The translations under genes were made by a program, and so were the position numbers. 64,000 bases of DNA. It comes from Dimorphilus gyrociliatus. Lineage: Eukaryota > Animalia > Annelida. The notes under the pieces are model-generated. The model was not told the DNA's origin and did no database searches. It worked only from the letters and a program-made list of their open reading frames with translations. Below are positions 53,700 to 64,000 of the stretch, piece by piece (the first letter of the stretch is position 1; each line of letters opens with the position of its first letter). The stretch lies in contig CAJFCJ010000005.1 in assembly GCA_904063045.1 (NCBI GenBank), positions 3,652,165 to 3,716,164 on the forward strand, written 5' to 3'.

Positions 53700-56600
53700 T
53701 CAACTTACTTTCAATTTACTACGGAATCCGCCTCTCTGTAGCCATCTGTCATATATACCTAATGCTTCATATTCTTCTATTAACACGTCTATGTATTCTG
53801 GATCTAAGCCCTTCTCTTGGCAGAAAGCCACGATTTCCGGCGTCAAACCATACTCTTCTTTCCCATACTGCCTTTCAGCCGTCATTCCCTTGAAAATACT
53901 TTTCGTAGCTTTTGGTTGCTTATTCTTTCTTTTATTAATATGATTTTCAGCCAAATTTCCTTCAATGTCAGTTTCAGATTCTTCTTTAAATTTACTAGTC
54001 AAATCCCTCGCTTCCCTGCCCCTATTCAATAATTCATCATAACCCCATCGATATATAATGGCATTCTCAGCCTGCGATTGCGTCATATCTTCACCTTTAA
54101 TCTTTGATAACTTCTCTCTTTCATCAGTCGAATCTTCCTCGTAATCCATGTCACTGTCAGTATCAAAGATGATGTATTGTCCGCAACCTTTACAGTTGTT
54201 CTTAAATGCTGTTACGCAATCGACGCAATATACCAATGCGCACTCTTTATTGTCGCATTTGAAAAATTTCTCTTGGTCGTCTAAAGGACCCTCCACACCG
54301 CAAATCGAACAAGTCTGTCCTCTCCAGTTGAGAAACTTCCAAAGAAAATCGCATTTTCCAGGGCAACATGCCATACATCTCTGTTTACAAGTAACTTTTC
54401 TCTTAACCTGTGATCCTGCACCTGATCCCATTTTTGCCGATGTTATTAATCCAGAGTTTCCCCACACCCTACTTCTAATAATCTTGTTATATAACCAAAC
54501 TGCCCTTTTCTGAGCTCTCTCTGGATAAAAATAGTCGCAGATCAGGTGTCTAAATCTTAAAAAGTAAAGAGCGTAAAAAACGAGAATAAAAACGACTAGA
54601 TGTAAAAATAAGATAGTTTTTGCATTTTCATAATCGGGTTCAACTGGTTCAGATATACATTTCGTAACTTGATCCCAAAACTCCGAAGGAGTATCAGCAG
54701 TTGCTGGATATTGGGTTAATCGCTTATAAATACCAGCAATAGCTCCTTCTCCTTCTACTTGAAGAGACAACTCTTCCTTACCCTGATCTATAAATAGTAG
54801 TAAAGAACAATATAAATAAACATATATATATATATCAAAGATGAGAAGGAAGAGGTGAATTGGTTCAAATTTAGCCTACTCTTAATAAAATCTTCAAATT
54901 CGTTATCCTTCTCCAAAGAGTAATAAATCATTTGATAAGCTTCGTAAATAAATACGTCCAAAAGTAGACAAAACGAAGAGAAGATTAATACTATAATTAT
55001 CTGAACCAGACCAATTAGTCTAGAAAAGAATTCGGACCATTTAACCCTCGGTGAAACTATTCGAAGGTTAAAAAATAAAATAGTTTGCTTCTATTATAAA
55101 AGGAAAAAAAATGTTACAAATGGACGAATAGTATCTCTTCCCCTCCGAATATTGCAACGGTAGAAGAGGCTCTACCGAAGAACTAATTTGTCTTTGCCTT
55201 TCATCAACGTCCAGCACGAAGAAAGTTATAAACTTTTGATCGTAAAAATCCAATCTTGTATACATTTCATAATATTTTATTGAAGATATAAATAAAACAA
55301 TTATGGTAAGCATGCCAAAGAATTTCGGAAACATATCAAGAACTAGAAAGAACCATTCAAAGTACTTAGAAAGAGATGCTATAAATAGAACAAAAAATTT
55401 TCTGTTTTAGAATTCTTTATCCATTTTATACGTTAAATACAATTATAAATATTGAAATAAAATACCTCGCACTAGGTCAGCTATAACAATCATTTGTTTG
55501 TCCGATGTAAATGTATAACTATAATGATATTCCATTGTTATGTGAAACCAAAACATTCGTACTGTTTTTTCTTTAACTTTACGAAAAGCTGTAGAGATGA
55601 GGGAAAAGAAAAATTGGTGTATCATTTAATCTTCAAGGATCAATTTTCTTTCTACTTACGATCTTTAATGTACTCTTCTAGAAATTTACTAAATATTGAC
55701 GAAGCTCCGCAAAATTGCTTAATTGCTATAGTATATGGGCATAACGTGTAGAGAATTACGGTTAGAGGGCAAAGAGGCTTATAATACCATGCAACTTCTT
55801 TACTTTATATATTAAATCAATCGACTATTTTAATTGACAATCTTTAATAACTATTCACTTACAAACATCCTTTAATTACAGCACTTATTGACTTCATACA
55901 AACAGAATAAACTTGATCTTTTTGACAAAATTCTGTAGCCTCTTTTGTTTGTTATTTTAATTGAAAAGTTAATTTATAAATAGAAAATATATTGAATTGC
56001 CAAACTTTTATAAGTCTTAAAAATTTTATCCCGGAAACGACGCATTTGTTGTAGAATTTCGGCAAATGCTTTTTCCAGAGTCTGAGATCGAATCGATATA
56101 GATGAGAGTTGTTTACATATTTCTACCAACTGAGAAGCAAACTCTAACGATATTGTTAAACTTTTGAATATATTCAAAAAATCTTAAAAAATTACTAACG
56201 TCCAGTCGGTCGTGATACTTTTTGTTGAGCATTATTCAACTCTTCTCCCGTTACTTTTTTTATACATGCTAACGACTGTCCACCCCTTTTTATGTTGTTC
56301 GAACAATTTAATATTGGACCACCAATTACCAATGCTATTATATATGCCAGAAGCCAAGTTTTTATAGCGTCTAAAAATAAACGACATCATATGAGATATG
56401 CATAAATTTTTAACAATATCTATTACTCGATGTTAAATTTGGTATGCAAAGAACTGCTAGACACCTTCCTTTCCTAGTAAATCCGATAAGTGTACTCAGA
56501 ACTAAGCCAAGAATAGCAGCGTTCCACGTCAATACTCTCCTTAGTTCAGGATACTATTTTTTTTATATATATGAACGTCTGAATGATTGAGAAAAAACAA

Positions 56601-57061
56601 ATCCATCTACTGGAACTAATGAGGGTTACCTGTGATATTCTACTCTCGAACCAGAGATAAGATAGACCTACACCAACAGTCCAGCCTATGAAACATACCA
56701 GTAAAGAATTCTCTAAAGTCCCTTTAGTTCTTAATCTACCCCATAGACTCTTAGGCGTTTTCTTTTCTCTATATAAAGCTATTTTATGTTCCTTATAAGT
56801 AAACGGACAAGGCAGTATATATTCAATGATTGATATAATTAATCCCACACAAATGTTCTTTACGCTGTTAAAAGGAATTGTTTGGTTATTTTATCTTCTT
56901 TTAAAAAAGGACCAAAGAATAGAAAAGGAAATTAGGAGTTTGAAAAAGTCTCACTTTCCCGGGGTAGGTGCTAGATTGGATCTTTGTCTAACGCAATTCT
57001 CTCTTAAGTTACCAAATGAATTAGCTAAATCATCGTAATCCTTTCTATCTCCTCGACCCAT
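53700..57061 (-). CDS. DC-STAMP domain protein, DCST1/DCST2 (Sneaky/SPE-42)-like
   Basis: CISEPVEPD...TM...LRFRHLICDYFYPERAQKRAVWLYNKIIRSR followed by a Cys-rich RING-like CSIC...C...C..YC.DC...C..C. N-terminal TM exons at 56546-56870 splice in frame to an exon with ATG at 57061. Confidence 0.88.
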
Positions 57062-57244
57062 TTCGTCTTCAACTAAAACCTTTTCTATTCAATCGTTTGT
57101 TTGGGGAGAACGTTATGACGTTACGAAGATTTAGCGATACGTTATTTGTATTTTGAACAATTATCTTATGCAACAATGCATTTTGAACCACATTATTATA
57201 CACTTGCTCACAAAATGTTCAAGTCTCCCAATTGTTATAAGAGA

Positions 57245-57439
57245 AATAGAATTCAGTTGTTGAATGGAAAGTTCTCCATTTAGTAATACCTGGAAACTTT
57301 GCTGTTCGATTGTAAAAATCTTTTAGCTGCACTCGGTTTAAATTCAGGCCTATCCGGAACCTCATATCCATATCTCTTATCTTCAAGTCAGCTTAAACAT
57401 GTAACTGATACCTTCTCCTCTACCACGTCCATCAAAGTA
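57245..57439 (-). pseudogene. Decayed glutathione S-transferase paralog fragment
   Basis: 34 of 35 nt are identical to exon 1 of the adjacent GST (TACTTTGATGGxCGTGGTAGAGGAGAAGGTATCAG), followed by an 11-nt deletion frameshift and a stop. EDKRY...PEFKP and the donor GT are retained, with an exon-2-like remnant VLLNGELSIQQLNSI. No ATG. Confidence 0.8.
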
Positions 57440-58199
57440 GTTTGGACGTTGGTCTAGACTAAAGATAATGTTAAGTTAAATTTTTGTACGTTATTTTTAT
57501 CAATTAAACGAAAGTCTTGAATTTCGCAATTGATAGGCTAAATTTGATATCATTCACCTAAATGTCCCAATGAAAAAATTGCAAATTAATATAGACATAC
57601 TGAAAAAAACACTGTAGGATAGGTTTTTATTCTTTTATATGCTAAACATTTAAACTTTTTGGCCTAATTTATAGGCTTAAGAAAGAAAAGACCTTGTAAT
57701 TCATATATATATGTAAAAAAAAAAAGAATGTTCTATCATTTCGAATAATAGAATTTAATTTATAAAAATAGATAATAATTCAATTATTATGTATAAATTG
57801 TAAATTATATTATGTGTCTCTTTATTATAGTTCTCTATTGTTATTATTATCCTTTAGAGATTGTCTGTTTTATTGATAATTATTTTGAATTTTACAAAAG
57901 TAATACCGTTAAAATGGCGAATAGTTTACTTTACGAGATACTCTAATCTATTCGTAGAAATGTAAAATTATTGCTGTCTTTTTTATATTCATTGACAAAG
58001 TACTTAAAAGTATTAGATGAGGACAAAGTATTAAAGTATGTCTTTCCTTGAAAAGTATCGGAAGTTTTAATGATACTTAACGCTTTTACAGAATATAAAT
58101 CATTTGAAAATTCAAAATAATATTTCATGTATAAAGTTGTTTCTTGTATTCGTTTAATTTGATCAGACATCTCATATTTTAGATATTCAAAATATTTAT

Positions 58200-58901
58200 T
58201 TAGAACGAATTTTGAGGGCGTACTTTAATCCATTCGGCAACAGCCGGATAACTTGCAACTCGGTCGTACAATTTTTTCAGATTTGGAACTTCTTCCAACG
58301 CTTTCAACATTTCGGGGGTACCTTCTCCTTTTAGTATAATAAATTCCAGACCAGTGAAGAATACTACATCGGCGTATGATATTTTGTCGCCAAGGAAATA
58401 ATCTTTATCTCCCAAAAACTTTCCAAGATGGTTTAATTGTACGCCAATAGTTTCAAAATAGCTGGCCTTTAGTTCCGCTTTTGTTGCTTCATCTTTCTCC
58501 CCAAATAGCCAAGGTATAGATGGAGTGATCAAATCACTATTATTTTCAACAACTTGATCAACTATGGCGGCTTCAAGGCTATTTGAACCATATAGATTGA
58601 ACTCCCTGGCAAGATAACGTCCAATTGCATGAGTTTGAGCGATTACAACGTCATCAACAGTCAATACAGGTAGTTGACCAAAGGGAGTTTCTACAAAACA
58701 TTAAAAAGGCAATATTTCCACGTTAGTAAAGATACATTAATATAAATATATCATATATTGATTCTTACTTGGCTTATATTCAGGCCAATCACTGAAGGTA
58801 TACCTCTTGTCCTCAAATTCCTTTCCAGCTATTTTGAACAGTAGTCTGATACCTTCTCCTCTACCACGACCATCAAAGTAATGCAAAGTATATTTCGGCA
58901 T
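58200..58901 (-). CDS. Glutathione S-transferase, sigma-like (exons 58901-58769, 58690-58200)
   Basis: MPKYTLHYFDGRGRGEGIRLL, TPFGQLPVL, IAQTHAIGRYLARE, YFLGDKISYAD. Confidence 0.95.
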
Positions 58902-60702
58902 ATTGAAGTTTCTTGAAATAGAGAAAAGCGATGCTTATATACATGTGTAAGATACATAGATGTAAGATGCATGTTTAAAGCTTACCTTATATAAGAGAAA
59001 TTGGTAAATTGGTACACTGAAAGTCTGCAGTCAAGCTGTCCAATGAATCCAAGTGCTAACCGATCACTTATATAGGCAAAGAATAGGCCTAAGAATATTT
59101 GAGTAGTATTCTAGTAATATTGACTAACTTTATTATGATGACGATTGGTACAATAATGAGGTCAGACACATAAGAAATTTGTTTAGTTTAAACGTATGAT
59201 TTTTATATATTATACTAAACACATAGACATATTGAGAACGTCCTATATGTTTACCCATATGCCCTAATTCTTGTTAAATGATATAGTAGGCCGACAAAAC
59301 TATATGTACATGCTTTTCTTTGTTTTCTAGTCCAGTTTTATAAACGTGTTATTTCTCAAAAATAACAAAAGCCCAAAGATTTAATGTAAATGTAGTTTGC
59401 TATTTTTCGTTAAAAAAGATGTCTTTTAGCAGTAAGTGTGTGATAATAAATGATATTGATTAAATGAAAAAATATATCAATAATTGAATTGATTTCATAT
59501 CTAGTTTGTTTAAGAAACATTTTAAATGGTAAATAAGAGATAATTGAGCGATAAAATACGATTGTTAATTAATAATTAACAAATCAGTCTCTTTTAATCT
59601 ATATTAAACTAATAATATATATTAAGAAGGTGTTATAATATATAAACTTCTTAATATTTTTTATTAACAATTTGCTCCCTGGATACTTATTATTATGGTA
59701 TCAAGGTCTTTACTTAGTTAAAAAGTTTTGCGAATTCAACCCATCATCAATCCTAACAGGTTGGAATAAATGTTACTGTTGGCATGTCTGGTCAAGAAAT
59801 TTAAAAATACAGTGTTCAATACTTATATTACGAAATATATTAATATGGAAAATAAGCATTTTCTTATCATTTCGTAGATTTATCAATTTTATTGCAGTTA
59901 TTAGGATTTTGTTAGATTTACAAATTTGTGATAGAATGCTCTTTTTCAGCCGATCACTAAAAATTTTCTAATGAATTGTATTACCATTAAACATTATAAT
60001 ATTTGATGCAAATGGTTCGATAGACAGTGGTAACATTTAATAGATTTATATATCACTTTAATAGAAGCCTAGTACCTGAGTAGTCAATTATAAAAATAGA
60101 TCTCTTTTTAAGTCACTGTTACGGTTGATTTAACCGTTGTATGGCTATCGACCATCTTTCCATTCTAAAATTATTAAAGCACAATATATATGCATTCAAA
60201 TTATCGTTCAATTCTTTTATTAGACAATGTCTATTGTTTTGAAAATCAGAAAAATGAATTTTATAAACGTTAACAGGGGGCGTATTGGATGGTCAGAGAT
60301 TTTTATCGTTTGAACTGGTTCCGTCTACTATAAGACGAATGGTAGCTTTAGTTGTTATTGTTACTTAGTTGGTTGTTCTCTTTTTGAGGAATTTATTTCT
60401 TCATTCGAAGAATATTTTGATAACTTGTTTTTAAATAATAAAACCAGTGAAAAACTCTTGCGAAAGTTTTCACTAAATTAACCACACTATAATCTTTCAT
60501 TTCAATTGGATAAAATAATATTATTTTCAGAGTTTAATCTGTTCACAAATGAAAAGTCTTGAATGATTCAGTTATCTAATATATATAATCAAAAGCTTTA
60601 GATAAAGATACCGGTCATGAGTGTAACTTTGTTCAGTTACCGGTTATAATAAGTGATATCGTCTGCTAACAAATCGGCATGAGCAGTCAAGAAATCTAAA
60701 TT

Positions 60703-62150
60703 ATGCTATCCAGAGCTGATATTACAAAGTGTATGAACGTACTTAATATAAAAAATAATTTTTAGTTTTGCATAGATTTATCAATTATATTTGATTTTTG
60801 TAGGTTTTATTAGATACGCTTGTTTAAGCAATTACAACCACGTGTTTCCAAGAAACTTTTATTCTAACGATCAGAATAAGTTTTCTAATGATGATCCGGA
60901 CAATGAAAGTTCATCGGAGAATTTATTAAGTAATGTAGAATAATCTTACGAGTAATTGTCTACATATGACTTTTCGGCAGGTATACACAGGCTAAAAAAT
61001 CCAACTTCAAAAGTTATTTGCCCCAAACAACTTAGGGTTGCTATAATAGGAGCTCCAAATGCTGGAAAATCGACTTTAACAAATAAAATACTGGGTTGGA
61101 AGGTTGCTCCAGTATCATGCAAAGTACATACAACAAGATTTAGAACAATGGGAGTTTTTACAGAAGGAGATTCTCAAATTGTAATATTGGATACACCAGG
61201 TTTAATAGAGAGTGGTAAATTGAAAAGACATAATTTAGAAGATAGCCTTCTAATTGATCCACACATAGCTCTGTTGGAAGCCGATTTGAGTATGTTGCAA
61301 ATTTATTTACTATTTAATAATAGAAATAAACCATTATTTAGTTGCTGTTACGGTTGATGTATCACCTATATGGTATCGATCATCTCTCCATTCCGAAATT
61401 GTTAAAGCATTGCATATGCACTCAAATAAGCGTTCAATTCTTCTACTGAACAAAGTTGATTTATTAAAAAATAAGAATGAATTATTTAAAATCACAAAAT
61501 CATTAACAGGAGGCATAGTTGATGGCCGAAGAGATTTCGCTATCAGAAATTCTCGAAAGTATCCAAAAGAGTCAGTGATAAAAGAAATAAATTATAACTT
61601 TCCTCCATTGCTGATGAACGATGCAGGAAAAGCTGATTTGGAATCAAAGGATGGTTGGAAAGCTTATAATAAAAGATTACAAGCCGTTGGGAATTTAACA
61701 ACTAGTTATTGGACCAAATTTGAAAGGGTCTTTATGTTAAATTCACTTGAAGGAGATGGTATATATGATTTGAAGACATATCTCTTGGAGACAGCAAAAG
61801 CAGTAGATAAATGGGATTACGACGAAACACTAGTGACGAACCAATCTCCTTATCGTCTAGTCAAGCAATGCGTATGGGAAGCTTTGTTAGACTCGGATTT
61901 ACCCGCTGAAATTCCCTATAACATTAAGATTAAAATTAAAGTATTAACCGAAAGTGAAGAAGATAGCCTCCTCCGAGTAGGGATTGATCTTCTATGTTTC
62001 AATAATAGACAATTAAGTGGAGTTATAGGAAATGACGGTCAAAAGGTAGCTCTAATAGCTCGTAAAGCCAAACAAAATATGATGGATACGTTTAAATGTG
62101 ATATGAGTTTAAAACTTGCTGCTAAACGGATAACTAAAAAAAAAACATAA
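60703..62150 (+). CDS. ERAL1: Mitochondrial Era-like GTPase ERAL1, 4 exons
   Basis: G1 GAPNAGKS, HTTR, G3 DTPG, G4 NKVD, then a KH domain (EIPY...VIGNDGQKV). The start at 60703 is inferred from splice phases. Confidence 0.93.
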
Positions 62151-62202
62151 GAGAATAAATTTGGTGGGTTTTATTAAATAGTGTTGTATGATGAAGAATT
62201 CT

Positions 62203-63701
62203 TTATCTAGCTAAAGTACGGCCTTCTCCTTTCCATTCTTCCTTAAGGCTTACATGGCAACCTAGATCTCTTAAGGCAGCTTTCACCGAATCAGCACATT
62301 TTTCGTGTTTGTTCGAAACCATATGAAGTTGCTGTTCAATACCTCGTTCAAGAAGTGCTGAGGAATGTTCTTTAACTCTGCTTACTAGATTCCTAACTAG
62401 CAGACACAATGACGACTGCAAAATAATAATAATAAGATGAATAAAATTATTGTCTTGTTTAATTTATAATAATTAATAAAACGTACCAAAACAATGGTAT
62501 TTTCTATATGAACTGCAATTACTCTAGTTATTAATTCAGCTCCTCCATTCTCCATAACAATATTACTATGATTCGGCTGTCTTAAAACGACACTCGCCAA
62601 GGTTGAACATGCAATTTCAGCGATTGGTGCGTTCTTCATATATCTGTTTAGAACAGTCATAATAATTTCGATTCCCTGTTGTTTAGCTATTTCGATTTTA
62701 GCGTCATCATTCCCAGAAACAGCTTTTATAAGTGATATTTTAGATTTGAGAAGAGATGCATTATTTTCCGGATCAGTTAATGATTTAAGTAAAAATTCAA
62801 CACCACCACAGTCTAATATTTCTTTACAGAATTCATTTCGGATTGTTAGCTTACTCAGAGCCAAGTAAATTTCTTTAAGGTTCTTGTATTCTGCATATAG
62901 TTAATAGATATAACACACTATAAATAAAGAAATCGATGAAAACTATCATTAACTTCAATTTCATACCTTTCGCCAAATTTAGCAATTCGTTTAGCATACC
63001 ATGTTTTACGAAGTCTTGAGCTCGTTCGGAAGCTTTTCCAAAGGGCACTCGTACATCATCATCGGTTAGCATAACCGAAATAAATGAACCGTATTCTTTA
63101 ACAACTTTTTCACTCCTGTTAAATGTTCTTAAAACTTTCATTAAGGATTCAGTAAGATGATTCTTAGTTATACAGTTTCTATTTCTTTCATGCTTTAAAC
63201 AACAAGCAGAGAGGGACTGTTGAAAAAATACTCAATAAATAAACAAACGAATGATGAAAGTATATAATTTAATCTAGTCAATGAACTTTAAACATTATTT
63301 ACCTTTAAAGTATTCTCCACAACTTTTTCATTATCATTTAATAGGAAATTTTGAATTAATAGCAAATCCTCTGTATTAATTATATCTGGTTGTCCTGATA
63401 TTAAATTTGTTAGACAGTTCAGAGAAGCACAAGTTACTTCATGATCCTCTTTCAATGAGTTTAAACTATTCGTCAAAGCTTTCAAAACACCTTCTTCTCT
63501 TACTATTATCCTTTCAGATAACCCGCTTAAAGTTATTTCATTCAGTTTATGTAGATTTTCCAAAAATGAAGTTTTATCGAACTGATGTACATTGTTTTGA
63601 AGATTCAAAATGGCGGCCTTTGCCGATTCTCGCACTTTTGCTATCTCCCCACTCTCATTGAATCTTTCAGCTGATGTTACAATTTCATCCAAATCGTGAC
63701 C
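62203..63701 (-). CDS. ARMC6: Armadillo repeat protein 6; 5' exon lies upstream and was not found
   Basis: GHDLDEIV, GQPDI, LTDDDVRVPFGKASERA, LSKLTIRNEFC, VSGNDDAK and C-terminal AKAALRDLGC-like SVKAALRDLGCHVSLKEEWKG. Confidence 0.92.
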
Positions 63702-63862
63702 CTATGTTGGGAAAAATGTATTATAATTTTTTAAATCAACAATAGAAGGTATGATAATAAGTAGGTCATGTAGGCTTAATTTATTGTCTATGCAGTTATT
63801 CTTCTAGCTCGAAAATAATAATGTTGTTATCATTTTCTATCATATGACACTTTAAAGACAGA

Positions 63863-64000
63863 ATGGTGTTGGATAGTGAAGCTGCTGATCTTATACCAAC
63901 TGTAAAAGTGTATAAAAGAAGGTGGTATATTCTGGCTTTGTTTTCCTTAGCTACTGCCACTCAGGGAGGTATTTGGAGTACATGGGGACCAATATCGAAG
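63863..64000 (+). CDS. SLC49A4: N-terminus of an MFS transporter, SLC49A4 (DIRC2)/FLVCR family, truncated by the window end
   Basis: MVLDSEAADLIPTVKVYKRRWYILALFSLATATQGGIWSTWGPIS matches the family's VYxRRW...QG..W.TWGPI TM1 signature. Confidence 0.8.
   Translation, partial: MVLDSEAADLIPTVKVYKRRWYILALFSLATATQGGIWSTWGPISK

Noticed and set aside
59672-59971. 99-aa plus-strand ORF
   Set aside because: Starts at TTG, has no motif and no supporting splice partners.
1815-63661. Many short track ORFs antisense to or overlapping real exons (for example 1815, 4098, 7763, 10624, 23563, 37375, 38265, 54148, 63407)
   Set aside because: Shadow frames of identified genes or microsatellite translations.
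1-64000. CRISPR arrays, transposons, rRNA
   Set aside because: No regularly spaced repeats, terminal inverted repeats with duplicated target sites, or transposase, RT or rRNA-like sequence was seen; the window is eukaryotic.

Overview
AT-rich, very gene-dense eukaryotic (invertebrate) genomic DNA with about 20 protein-coding genes in 64 kb and mostly 60-90 nt GT-AG introns. The gene set and a divergent double-homeodomain TALE gene suggest a compact spiralian genome; this taxonomic call is inference. Reconstructed by hand from exons and splice phases: DNAJB12/14, RNF217, a gustatory-receptor-like 7TM candidate, TSR2, GPN3 (with a same-strand TALE homeobox gene nested in intron 7), CCDC60, lipin, CENP-M, ANKRD46, an orphan three-exon gene, TRIM2/3, two tandem GlyR/GluCl-type chloride channel genes, DCST1/2-like, a GST pseudogene plus an intact sigma-like GST, ERAL1, ARMC6 (5' end missing) and the start of an SLC49A4/FLVCR-like transporter. 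No tRNA, rRNA, CRISPR array or recognisable transposon was found. All identifications come from recalled family motifs; no database search was run.
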